DNA from: Octopus sinensis | Lineage: Eukaryota | Assembly: GCF_006345805.1 (NCBI RefSeq) | Contig: NC_043004.1 | Location: 96,906,001 to 96,970,000 of the forward strand | DNA: 64,000 nt | Reading direction: 5' to 3' | Part shown: positions 53,318 through 64,000 of the stretch, piece by piece | Numbering within the stretch: position 1 is the stretch's first letter | How the letters are laid out: each line of letters begins with the position of its first letter | Program-made: the position numbers and the translations under genes | Notes under the pieces: model-generated | What the model was told of the DNA's origin: nothing | The model's input: only the letters and a program-made list of their open reading frames with translations | Databases searched by the model: none

Positions 53318-54214
53318 TGTTGAGTGAGCGAGCAGCGCATGCCATCAGAGTGGCACTGGGGTAAAATATATGAAACCTAATTATGACTAGTGAAGGCACA
53401 TGGCTCAGTGGTTAGAGCATCGAGATTATGATTGTGTGGTTGTGAGCTTGAATCCCAGACCGAGCTGCGTGTTGTGTTCTTGAGCAAGACTCTTTATTTC
53501 ATGCTGCTCCAGTTCACTCAGCTGTAGAAATGAGTTGCGACATCACTGTATAGACCAAGCTGTATCGGCCTTTGCCTTTCCTTTGGATAACACTGGTGAT
53601 GTGGAGAGGGGAGGCCGGTATGCATGGGCGACTGCTGGTCTTCCATAAACAACCTTGCTCAGACTTGTGCCTAGGAGGGTAACTTTCTAGGTGCAATCCC
53701 ATTGTCAGTGTCATGAGTGAAGGGTGTCTCAGAATCATGACTACCCATCTGATAAGGGTACACCAGGCACAGGCATCATAACCATATTCATGTGACATGG
53801 TGATCTTATATCAAGATAAACAGCGAGTGACCTTGCAGGTGGAGCCCAGTTGGAATTTTCTTCATGCTGAGTAGCACAACCTGCTCAAAAGATCCCTGAA
53901 TAAGGTTTGTTTAAGGATGATAAACGAAACACCCATGTTTCCAGAGGTGATTTATTCAAACCCCAAAGAATCCCTCTCAACACATGGCTATGATGCTCTC
54001 CCACTACTTCTGCTCGTGATCAGAGATGCACATATCGTCAGCCACTAATGGACATGCTCAACTGGTTAAGGTCAAGCAACCGACAAGCAAATCCGTGGTA
54101 TGGAGCAAAATATTTGCTGTAGCCCATCTTTTATACTAAGGCAAAACAATGTACATGGTAACACTTCCAATCAGTTAAGCTCAAACGCCATGAGGTCCAC
54201 TACCTTATAATGCA
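53318..54214. mobile_element. Unclassified, possibly solo-LTR-like repeat interrupted by a SINE
   Basis: More GC-rich block bounded by TG...CA, with TATAAAA on the minus strand near 54135. No matching TSD was seen. Confidence 0.3.
53391..53733 (+). mobile_element. SINE family C (tRNA head TGGCTCAGTGGTTAGAGC, core GTGTTCTTGAGCAAGAC)
   Basis: A-box and B-box-like motifs. 10-bp TSD AT(T/C)ATGACTA at 53381 and 53734. Confidence 0.8.
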
Positions 54215-54418
54215 ACTGGGTATATATGCATATATATATGTATATGTGTTTGTGTATATCTTTATATATATATATATATATATGTACACACATAAATTCT
54301 CCTTCTTCTTCTTCTTCTTCTTCTCTTCTTCTTATTATTATTATTATTATTATTTTGAATAATAATAATAATAATAACAACAACAATAATAATAATAATA
54401 TCAAATAATAACGTTGCA

Positions 54419-54497
54419 GACAGTGACTTCAAAGTGCCAGCCAGGTAACCCATTGTTGGACAATGGCTTAGCAGGCTGAATCTTTGAAGTCACTGTC
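54419..54497. repeat. 79-nt imperfect palindrome/hairpin
   Basis: GACAGTGACTTCAAAG/CTTTGAAGTCACTGTC is a perfect 16-bp stem. Inner pairs are CAGCC/GGCTG and CCATTGT/ACAATGG around a 3-nt loop. Confidence 0.85.
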
Positions 54498-54617
54498 AAC
54501 AAAACTCTTGTTAAGAATAGTAGATTTGTACTCTAATACTGTATAGGGTAATCCATCAGATTAATGTAAAATTGCTTTTATTGTAACTGAACATAGAAGC
54601 ACACATACATATGTACA

Positions 54618-54672
<55 letters not shown>

Positions 54673-54722
54673 GTATATATATATATGTATATATATATAC
54701 ATATATATACATATATACACAT

Positions 54723-54784
<62 letters not shown>

Positions 54785-54789
<5 letters not shown>

Positions 54790-55150
54790 CGAAATCGATC
54801 AAAAATCAATGGAAATTGTAGTTGTGATACCAGTGCCGGTGGCACATAAAAGAACCATCCAAATGTGGCCATTGCCAGAGCCGCCTCAACTGACCTCCAT
54901 GCCGGTGGCATGTAAAAAGCACCAACCAATCGTGGCCGTTGCCAGCCTCGCCTGGCACCTGTGCCGGTGGCACGTACAAAGCACCCACTACACTCACGGA
55001 GTGGTTGGCATTAGGAAGGGCATCCAGCTGTAGAAACACTGCCAGATCAGACTAGGCCTGGTGCAGCCTCTCAGCTTCCAGACCCCGGTCGAACCATCCA
55101 ACCCATGCTAGCATGGATGCCAGATGTTAACTGATGATGATGAAGATGAT
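54785..55150 (+). mobile_element. RTE 3' UTR fragment, same subfamily as the 33-kb element
   Basis: CAATGGAAATTG...GTGATACCAGTGCCGGT matches the reverse complement of 33170-33205. It has a GAT tail. Confidence 0.9.
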
Positions 55151-55154
55151 AATA

Positions 55155-55552
55155 TCTTTATATATAAAAGTCAAGTTGTGTGTCTGTCTCCTACGATTTA
55201 GATTCCTAACTACTCCCACATTTTGCGGTGCAGTTTAACCAAAGCCGGGTATCTTATAGTCATGATTCATATCGAGCCCTTCTGGGTATTAGCATGCGTC
55301 TACAATGAGTCTACGATTAAAAAAAAAATTTACCATCACTTTTTCCATTTTAATGCATTTTTTTCGCTATTATATAAGGGAAGTAACTCTCTAAAAATGT
55401 CTACGATGAGTCAACGATTTAAAAAAAAATTTACCATAATTTTTTTTCCATTTGTAATGCATTTTTTTGCTATTTTTTGGCTATAACTCTCTAAAAATGC
55501 TTATATAGTTATTTCCCTTACAAACCCGAGCAACGCCAGGCGATACCGCTAG
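55155..55552 (+). mobile_element. Non-autonomous Helitron
   Basis: 5' TC(TTTATATATAAAA) after an A, a GC-rich subterminal hairpin remnant CCCGAGCAACGCCAGG, and 3' CTAG before a T. There is an internal ~101-bp direct repeat at 55298-55499. Confidence 0.8.
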
Positions 55553-56317
55553 TATATATATATAAACATGTATGTATATATTTATATATGTGTGTGCATG
55601 TGTATGTATGCATGTATATGTATGTATGTATATATGTATAATGTATATATGTATATATATACTTGCAGATATATATTTACACGCACACCCATATTTACAA
55701 AATTTATCTTGATCCTCATGTTTACATTTCAAGTTTTATCAAGGAGTGGTTTGTTGTGCAAAGTATTGCCTCAGTATAACAAAAGTCAGCATTGCCAATT
55801 AACAGATTAGAAACTGACTTCTTGATAAACATGAAATTACTTTGCTACTGATTCCTTATTTCGTTATAAGAAGAATCCCACTGTGAGAATGAAAATCGCC
55901 TTTAATTGAAAATCCTTGTTAACTTAGAATCTGTTAATCGAAAATCAGTGTTAATTGTATCAGGTTGGTTTTTGTCATGATGACCGGAACATTTAAATGT
56001 AGGGTTTCATATTTGTTCATATGTGGTGATGTCAACAACGAAAGTAGAATTTGGCTGAAGGCTACTTGCACTAGAAAATCTAAGAAATTTGTAGGAATTC
56101 AATGGATTTTTGCGTATTTATACGTACATAGGAATACAATACACACACACATATATACATAAACTACATACATATAGTCATATATATCTGTGTATGACAA
56201 GGTTTTCAGTACTTTATATCTGTGATTACATTGTTTACCAGTGTTATATCTGTGTAATATACTTGATCAGTAATTTTACGTATGTGTATGTATGTGCGTG
56301 TGCGCGTGTATTTGGTA

Positions 56318-56753
56318 TTGGGTTGTCCAGAAAGTTTGTGCCGATTTATATTAGCTTACCTTTCGACTTATGGAAGATAAGAAAGTTCATTTCTGGCACT
56401 TGATGCTTTGGGAACTAAACAAAAATTGCTGCAGCTCGGCTGGGATGTGTTACCCCATCTTCCATATTCACCTGATATTGCTCCTTCAGATTTCCACTTA
56501 TTCAGGTCTCTGCAGAATAGTCTTAGGGGTAAAAATTTCAATTCCTTAGATGACGTAAAAAGATACCTTGATGAATTCTTTGCCATGAAACTACCTCAGT
56601 TCTGGGAAGAGTGTATTTTCAAGTTAAAGGAAAGATGGAGACGCATTGTGCAACAAAATGTTTCATATTTGGTTAATTAAAAATGTAATGGCAAGTATTT
56701 ATTGACCTTTTTCTTTCCTTTAAAAATTGGCATGAACTTCCCGGACAACCCAA
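56318..56753 (+). mobile_element. Internally deleted mariner transposon
   Basis: ~29-bp imperfect TIRs TTGGGTTGTCC.../...GGACAACCCAA, each flanked by TA. ORF 56408-56680 carries LPHLPYSPDIAPSDFHLFRSLQN (mariner YSPDLAP.D motif). Confidence 0.92.
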
Positions 56754-57049
56754 TATATTTTGTCATACTTCATATCTGTGTGAGGCGTTTATCTGTATAA
56801 TTTCATCATGATTATGATCTTCATCTCTATGACGATCATCACCATCATCACTACCAACACCAACCTCTCAATGCCACCACCATCTTCCTTGTCGTTATGT
56901 CATCATCAGTCTGTTTTCCAAGCTGGCATTGTTTTGGCAGTTCAATGAGTTGGAGGACCTAATTTTTTCTCCAATCTCTTAGTTTGATATGGCTTCTATA
57001 GATGGATTCCCTTCCAAATACCAATCACTTTACTGAGTGTTTCAGAACA

Positions 57050-57625
57050 TTAAAAGAACATCCGAGCATGATCGTTGCCAGGGCCACAGATTGGCTCCTG
57101 TGTCAGTGACATGTGAAAAGTAGCATTCGAGCATGATCGTTGCCAGGGCCACAGATTGGCTCCTGTGTCAGTGACATGTGAAAAGTAGCATTCGAGCATG
57201 ATCGTTGCCAGGGCCACAGATTGGCTCCTGTGTCAGTGACATGTGAAAAGTACCATTCGAGCATGATCGTTGCCAGGGCCACAGATTGGCTCCTGTGTCA
57301 GTGACATGTGAAAAGTACCATTCGTGCATGATCGTTGCCAGCGTTGTTTTAGCGGCACATGTGCTGGTGACACGTGGAAAATAACATTCGAGTATGGTCG
57401 TTGCCGGTGCCACTGGACTGGCTCCCATGCAGATAGCACATAAAAACACCTTTTGAGTGATGTTGTTGCCAGAACCACTTGACTGGCCTTCATGCCAGTG
57501 GCACATAAAATGCACCCACTACACTCTCGGAGTGGTTGGCATTAGGAAGGGCATCCAGCAGCAAAAACTTTACCAGATCAGATTGAGCCTGGTACAGCCT
57601 CTGGAAAGTGGATGTAAAATGATGA
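57050..57625 (+). mobile_element. RTE 3' fragment with four homogenised 65-bp units plus diverged units
   Basis: GAGCATGATCG starts at 57064, 57129, 57194 and 57259. The RTE terminus follows, with an internal deletion. Confidence 0.85.
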
Positions 57626-57652
57626 TATATCTATATATATATATATATATAT

Positions 57653-59428
57653 ATTACATTATATAAAAGGGCTTAGTAAAATAAATTACTTTGCCGCATA
57701 CTGAACTCATTAGAAATAGCAGCTAAAAAACTTTTTTAAAGCTATTTCTAATACTTAAAGAAAATCTCTCTCATTTATAGTGTTTGCTTAATTCAACTCA
57801 CAAAAGTTTGGGGGTAAGGACATCGAAAAATCAAATGCTAAGGTTATTTGAGAACGTACGTTTCAAGATTAGTCAAAACAACACTTCTATCATCAGCTCA
57901 GAATTCCTTGGTTTGGATTTGGAAACCTGGAAATAAGAACATACCCTTTCGAAGATCTGCTCGTAACTAACAGTGCCACAATTCAAATAAGCAAGCGAAG
58001 AATCTCTGTTCTCCTCCTTTCCACCAGCTTGTTAAATCATCAGACACTATGCTTATTTCGGTAAAATCGAAGCATTAATCAGAGGGAGATTATTATAATT
58101 TCAACATTGAGGGCAAATTAATTAATTATTAATCATTTCACCAAGTGTTCAGTATGCAAAGGGACCATTAAGGCGAATTCATTATTACATTATATAAAAG
58201 GGCTTAGTAAAATAAATTACTTTGCTGCATACTGAACTCATTAGAAATAGCAGCTAAAAAACTTTTTTAAAGCTATTCTATACTTAAAGAAATGTCTCTC
58301 ATATATAGTGTTTGCTTAATTCAACTCACAAAAGTTTGGGGGTAAGGACATCGAAAAATCAAATGCTAAGGTTATTTGAGAACGTACGTTTCAAGATAGT
58401 CAAAACAACACTTCTATCATCAGCTCAGAAATTCCTTGGTTTGGATTTGGAAACACTGGAAATAAGAACATACCCTTTCGAAGATCTGCTCGTAACTAAC
58501 AGTGCCAACAATTCAAATAAGCAAGCGAAGAATCTCTGTTCTCCCCTTTCCACCAGCGTGGGTTAAAATCATCAGACACTATGCTTATTTCGGTAAAATC
58601 CGAAGCATTTTGATTTTTCGATGTCCTTACCCCAAAACTTTTGTGAGTTGAATTAAGCAAACACTATATATGAGAGAGATTTTCTTTAAGTATTAGAAAT
58701 AGCTTTAAAAAAGTTTTTTAGCTGCTATTTCTAATGAGTTCAGTATGCGGCAAAGTAATTTATTTTACTAAGCCCTTTTATATAATGTAATAATTTGAAT
58801 TCGCCTGAATGGTCCCTTTGCATACTGAACACTTGGTGAAATTGATTATAATTAATTAATTTTGCCCTCAATTGTTGAAATTATAATTAATCTCCCTCTG
58901 ATTAATGCTTCGGATTTAACCGAAATAAGCATAGTGTCTGATGATTTTAACCACGCTGGTGGAAAGGGGAGAACAGAGATTCTTCGCTTGCTTATTTGAA
59001 TTTGTTGGCACTGTTAGTTACGAGCAGATCTTCGAAAGGGTATGTTCTTATTTCCAGTGTTTCCAAATCCAAACCAAGGAATTTCTGAGCTGATGATAGA
59101 AGTGTTGTTTTGACTAATCTTGAAACGTACGTTCTCAAATAACCTTAGCATTTGATTTTTCGATGTCCTTACCCCCAAACTTTTGTGAGTTGAATTAAGC
59201 AAACACTATATATGAGAGAGATTTTCTTTAAGTATTAGAAATAGCTTTAAAAAAGTTTTTTAGCTGCTATTTCTAATGAGTTCAGTATGCGGCAAAGTAA
59301 TTTATTTTACTAAGCCCTTTTATATAATGTAATAATTTGAATTCGCCTTGAATGGTCCCTTTGCATACTGAACACTTGGTGAAATTGATTAATAATTAAT
59401 TAATTTTGCCCTCAATTGTTGAAATTAT
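57653..59428. mobile_element. Tandem plus inverted array of a ~531-bp unit (Penelope pLTR or retrozyme-like) within (TA)n
   Basis: Units start at 57653 and 58184. Orientation flips at ~58605 through a shared AGCATT, and the inverted copies run to 59428. Confidence 0.85.
59086..59137 (+). ncRNA. Hammerhead-like motif in the 531-bp unit (minus-strand copies near 57848-57900 and 58377-58428)
   Basis: TGAG CTGATGA [TAGAAGT...ACTAATCTT] GAAA CGTACG T T CTCA. Stem I is TGAG/CTCA, stem III is the palindrome AACGTACGTT, and stem II is irregular. Confidence 0.5.
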
Positions 59429-60478
59429 ATTATATATATATATATATATATATATCTGAGATAGAGCTTGTCAGTACTTTATCTATGTAATTTATAAGTT
59501 ATTGGTATTTATCTTTGGGATATAGTTTATATCATTTTATCAGTGAGATTAGTATTTTTCTTACACTTATACCCTGTTGCATCAACATCATTGGCTCATT
59601 TTAAACACTGTAAAAGTCCCAGTTCTTATATTGAGATATTGACACCTAAAACAGGATAAACAAGGATATTTCACTTGTAATTTTCCCAACAAAAAACAAG
59701 GCAGGAATTGAGTTCTACACTTGCAATTTCAAGTGATTTTTGCTATTTATTTTCTTTTTTTCTCACCAGATTTGTATGTTTGGCAATTGTCTGTTTAAAA
59801 TCACAGCTCTATCATGTTTTCTCAGTTTGCCACCTAGATATAGATTACTGTTGTTGACATGAATATTTGAAGCACTTGTTCACAGACATTTCCATTTCAC
59901 TAGACATCATTCACTTCTACTTGCTGTACTGTAAACAAACCTGTCACATGACTAGTACCTTAAATATAGTTTATGGCATAATGACATGAAATTGTTGTGC
60001 TAAAGCAGATGTCTACCAGACCTGTCTGTGTTAAATGTATTGTAGCTACATGTCAGCTGATTGATTCTTAAGCTAGATTTATTGTAAATCGGCTTTGATC
60101 TTTCTTTCTTTCCTTTTTTTCCATAAATCTTTTTTTGAGATGTCTGACCTTTCCACTGTTCTAATGGCACATCAAAACATATTGGAATCTTTATTAAATT
60201 CACTTCTCTGCTGGGTCTGTTCATATCTTTATCTCAAGACTACAGTGTTACCCGTTATGTGGTGGGTAATGTTAAGAGTTTATATTTAGCAAGCACAAAA
60301 TGTTACATAAGTACAATCATTTTAATTTTAGCTTTTTAAATTTCATGGTAAATGTATTCTCAGGAAATGAATACCAATTTTCAAAATGAAACATTTATTA
60401 AATTAAGATTAAACAAATTTCTTGTTAGTATATTTGCAATAAATATTTTGCCACTAACATTAAAACTCTATAGAGTTT

Positions 60479-60687
60479 GGGGAGAGCCATTTTCTTTTTG
60501 TGCCTTATTATGTAACACACTCATCGGTAAAATTTCCACGTTTTTCTTATTTTTATTTTCCTAACATTTTCGTTGCGTCTTGCAACCTTTTCAATAGTTT
60601 TTAGGAAAATAAAAATAAGAAAAAGCGTGGAAATTTTACCGGTGAGTGTGTTACATAATAAGGCACAAAAAGAAAATTACTCTCCCC
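60479..60687. repeat. 86-bp inverted repeat with 36-bp spacer
   Basis: 60479-60564 pairs with 60601-60687. Confidence 0.88.
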
Positions 60688-60801
60688 AGACACAATAGAA
60701 TATGCTTCAATACGTGAACTCATATAAAGAATCTTGCAAACCAAATCCCAAAACGAAACATTAATACTGATTAGCTATCAAATAATAAGAGACGTTAAAT
60801 T

Positions 60802-61540
60802 AGTATGCTCCACTGGATGTGTAATGTCAGTGTGCATATATGACAGAGTGTAAGTGCTCTGAGAGAAAAGTTGGACATACGAAGCATCAGAGGTGGTGTG
60901 CGACAGAGACTACTGTGTTGGTATGGTCATGTGTTGCAAATGAATGAGGACAGCTGAGTGAAGAAGTGTCACACCCTAACAGCGGAAGGAATCTGCGGAA
61001 GAGGTAAACCCGGGAAGACATGGGACGAGGTGGAGAAGTATGACCTTCGAAGGTTGGGCCTCACAGAGGCAATGACAAGTGACCAAGACCTTTGGAGATA
61101 TGTTGTGATTGGGAAAACCCATCAAACCAAGTGAGATCGTAGCCGTGGCTAATGCCAGTGTCACATAACTGGCCCTTTTAAAAGTACCCTTCAATTGTCA
61201 GGCATTATGCTGTGCTTGAGAAAATATGTTGAGTCAAGCGAAATCGTGGTCATGAGCGATGCTAGTGCGACCTGAGTGTCTCCCATGTCAGTAGCGTGTA
61301 AAAAGCACCAATCAAGTGTGGACAATGCCAGTGCCACCTGACCGGCACCAGTGCCAGTGACATGTAAAAAGCACCCAATACACTCTCGGAGTGGTTGGCA
61401 TTAGCAAGGGTGTCCAGCTGTAGACACCTTGCCAGATCAGATTGGAGCCTGGTGCAGTCTCCTGGCTTGCCAATCCTCAGTCAAACCGTCCAACACATGC
61501 CAACATGGAAAGCGGACGTTAAACGATGATGATGATGATA
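60802..61540 (+). mobile_element. RTE 3' fragment (ORF C-terminus plus alternative 3' UTR)
   Basis: Reads SMLHWMCNVSVH...WYGHV...CGRGKPGKTWDEV, homologous to 33392-33720. It shares the terminal ~170 bp and the (GAT)n tail. Confidence 0.88.
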
Positions 61541-61614
61541 ATGTTAAATTATCTGTTATAACACAAAGCAAAGCATGTTCCAAAGATATAGTAGTTGACA
61601 TGTTAGTATATACT

Positions 61615-62003
61615 AACAAGAGCACTCAGAGAGAGAGAGAGCACAAACCTCTGCCAAGTCAACACCAACGTCCTCTCAACGATTAGTTAGAGATGATTTT
61701 TAAAATGAGATTATCTGAAATAAACTCGACTGCTCTCACAAACGAGAGTATTAAAAACGAACCCAACCACTCTCAAAAATTAAGTAAAGAAAATAAGAAA
61801 AATAATCCAGAATCCTTGTCCTGTATCAGATCGATCCCAAAATCTAATTAGTTCGTGCCAGTTATGAGGCCAAACATCCCTGAAAGTTTCATCCGAATCC
61901 ATCCTGTAGTTCTTGAGATATCTTATCCACAGTCAAACGAGCAAATGAAGAAACAAATACGACTGAAAACAATACCTCTGCCTTCGCTAAGGCAGAGCTA
62001 ATA
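61615..62003 (-). mobile_element. Helentron-associated (HINE/DINE-1-like) element
   Basis: ACCTCTGCC occurs near both ends (~61646 and ~61974) with its inverse GGCAGAG(C)T at 61991. There is a terminal GCACTC...GAGCAC stem remnant and a decayed (AAAC)n tract, and no TSD. Confidence 0.65.
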
Positions 62004-62148
62004 AGGGGAAACAGATAAATTTAATGAATCAAACCTATCTACCTTGTGGGCATGGACTTGTAGAGATGAAGACACACTGCCATTTATATTTATAGATATA
62101 TTGATAGCATCCTTATTGTTTCTATTTTCCAGAAGGAGTCAGTATTAA

Positions 62149-62400
62149 CCTTTTGATACCAGCCCACATGAAACCTACAGCTGGTTCTATAATACAAAAC
62201 TGTCCTTCTTAAATTGCTCACTTTTAATTCTAAAGCACTCATCATTAATATAAGGAAAAATATGCTTTGGTTAAGTTACATTAAAAGCTAGCGTTAGGAT
62301 GGAAAAATTATCCTTCAAAATTTTGATTATTTTGAAAATTAATTGAAACACATAGGAAGTGTTTTTCATTTGAAACATTATCATAAATATATTAAATAAT
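62149..62400. mobile_element. Decayed relative of the piggyBac-like MITE at 43570-43789, opposite orientation
   Basis: TTAA CCTTTTGATACCAGCCC...TGAAAC...CTGGTTCT resembles the reverse complement of 43745-43793. Confidence 0.45.
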
Positions 62401-63199
62401 GTTATAAAAGAAACTTCTTTATTTTGATTTATATTTTCTAGTATGATGTCTTTAATAATATGGAATATGTTTGCCTTTTAGGCAGACATGTTCTGATCGG
62501 TGATGCTTCTCAAGTACAGGTTAGCTCTCTTGTCTTCTGATATGGTTTTCAATGGACAACTTACTTCTCATGCATACGTCCTATGATTGGAATGTCATAT
62601 GTAGGAAGTCCTTATGCTGTTCTTGCATTACATTTGGTTCTTGTACTAGAGCAGAAATGACTGTTGTTGGGATTAAAAATTTTTTCTGATGTTGTACTTC
62701 CTATACATTCAATAGAGTTTTTCCTGTTTATTTCTGACAGTAAGGAAGTGTTACTGAAGCTATTATTTATCAATAGATTCTCAGAACCTTTATATAGCTA
62801 TCTGGATTTCAATTAGACCTTGCATCAGGATATTTTCTAGGAATATTAGAAGATCACTGTCTTCCACTATAATGGACGCTTCATTTCCAGTTTCTTTCTT
62901 TGAGATACCTCATTAAATTTTTACCTGATCATAACCTGCAATATTAAAAAACAAGATAAAGGAGACATAGGATAACACTGTCTTAGTTTCATTAAGACTG
63001 AAAATAAGACGTGATAGTCGTGGCTGGAACATCTAATCATCTTGCATCTAGGATACTCTGGGAGTTGCAACAGTTCCTGCTATCAGGACTTGTTTTTAAT
63101 TTTTGACCATTCTTTAAAAAGATATTGTAACAAATTATTACAGCCAAAAGTAACTATTTATTGAAAATCCCCCCAAAGCTTTGCTTAAAACTCAAGAAA

Positions 63200-63410
63200 A
63201 CGAGACACAAACACTGACACACACAGACACAGAAAAAATATATTTGAATACACACACATACATATACAATGGGCTTCTTTCAGTTTTCATGTAACAAATC
63301 CATTTACAAATTTTGATCATCCTGAAGCTAAGCCCAAAGTGCCATGCAATGAGTCTGGACATAAAATCACATCTCTTGAGGAGCAAGTTTCTTAACCACA
63401 AAGCCATGCC
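63200..63410 (-). mobile_element. SINE family B 5' half, highly decayed
   Basis: GGGCTTCTTTCAGTTT...AAATCCA...GTGCCATGCA...TAACCAC. Confidence 0.65.
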
Positions 63411-63955
63411 TACAACTAAAAGTTATTTATTATTTTTCGAAAGGTGCAACTATTTCATCTTGGAACAGAAAAAGACAAAAAATTTGGCAGCTGTAACCAA
63501 TATAATGTAGTGTTCCACCATTTCTGTCACTCAATTTCTTTTCATTATCTCAGTACTAATAACAATTAATAGTAATTTTAAAAAGTATTTATCTTGATCT
63601 TCAATCTAAAATATTTGTCTCTCTGTCTAGTAATCTATCGAACTGTCTATTTTTGTATTCATTTATAACATTGATTTATCCATGTGTGTATGTATTTATT
63701 TGTAAGCCTTTTTAAATTTTTTTCCTCTCTTTGTTTTTTATTCATTGTTCTATCCGTTATTCTATTCTATCTCTGTCTCTGATATCTTCCATTCTTGCTT
63801 ATTTTTTCTTTGTTTCTTTCCCTTTCTCTCTTTTTCTCTCTTTTACTTTTTCTATGTATGTATGTATGTATGTATATATGTGTATGCATTTATTACATAT
63901 ACACGCACATCACCCCTATATATGTAAACGTATATATATATGGATGTATATACAT

Positions 63956-64000
<45 letters not shown>

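Noticed and set aside
58312-59202. Duplicated 84-aa and 62-aa ORFs (MLNSTHKSLG...)
   Set aside because: They start at TTG, their frames differ between copies, and there is no recognisable domain. They are by-products of the 531-bp repeat.

Overview
This is an AT-rich, microsatellite-saturated eukaryotic intronic or intergenic window, most consistent with an octopus (coleoid cephalopod) genome from its repeat content. That assignment is inferred, not proven. I could not support any intact host gene, rRNA, tRNA or CRISPR array, and almost all listed ORFs are translations of microsatellites or repeats. The window is a layered transposon archive. It holds roughly 25 copies of tRNA-type SINEs from at least three families and a 2.6-kb 5'-truncated RTE LINE (32725-35288, minus) whose reverse transcriptase carries an in-frame C4HC3 PHD finger. 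It also holds many RTE 3' ends with variable ~63-65 bp tandem arrays and (GAT)n tails, two Dong/R4-type LINE relics, and CR1, L1/Tx1 and BovB-like fragments. DNA transposon remains include a near full-length Charlie/Buster hAT transposase fossil with nested insertions, Tc1 and mariner relics, a Helitron, a Helentron-type element and piggyBac-like MITEs. Several Penelope-like fragments carry minimal hammerhead-ribozyme motifs, including a 531-bp tandem plus fold-back array at 57653-59428. Repeat family assignments come from manual translation and motif recognition, and boundaries are approximate unless target-site duplications (TSDs) or terminal inverted repeats (TIRs) are quoted.
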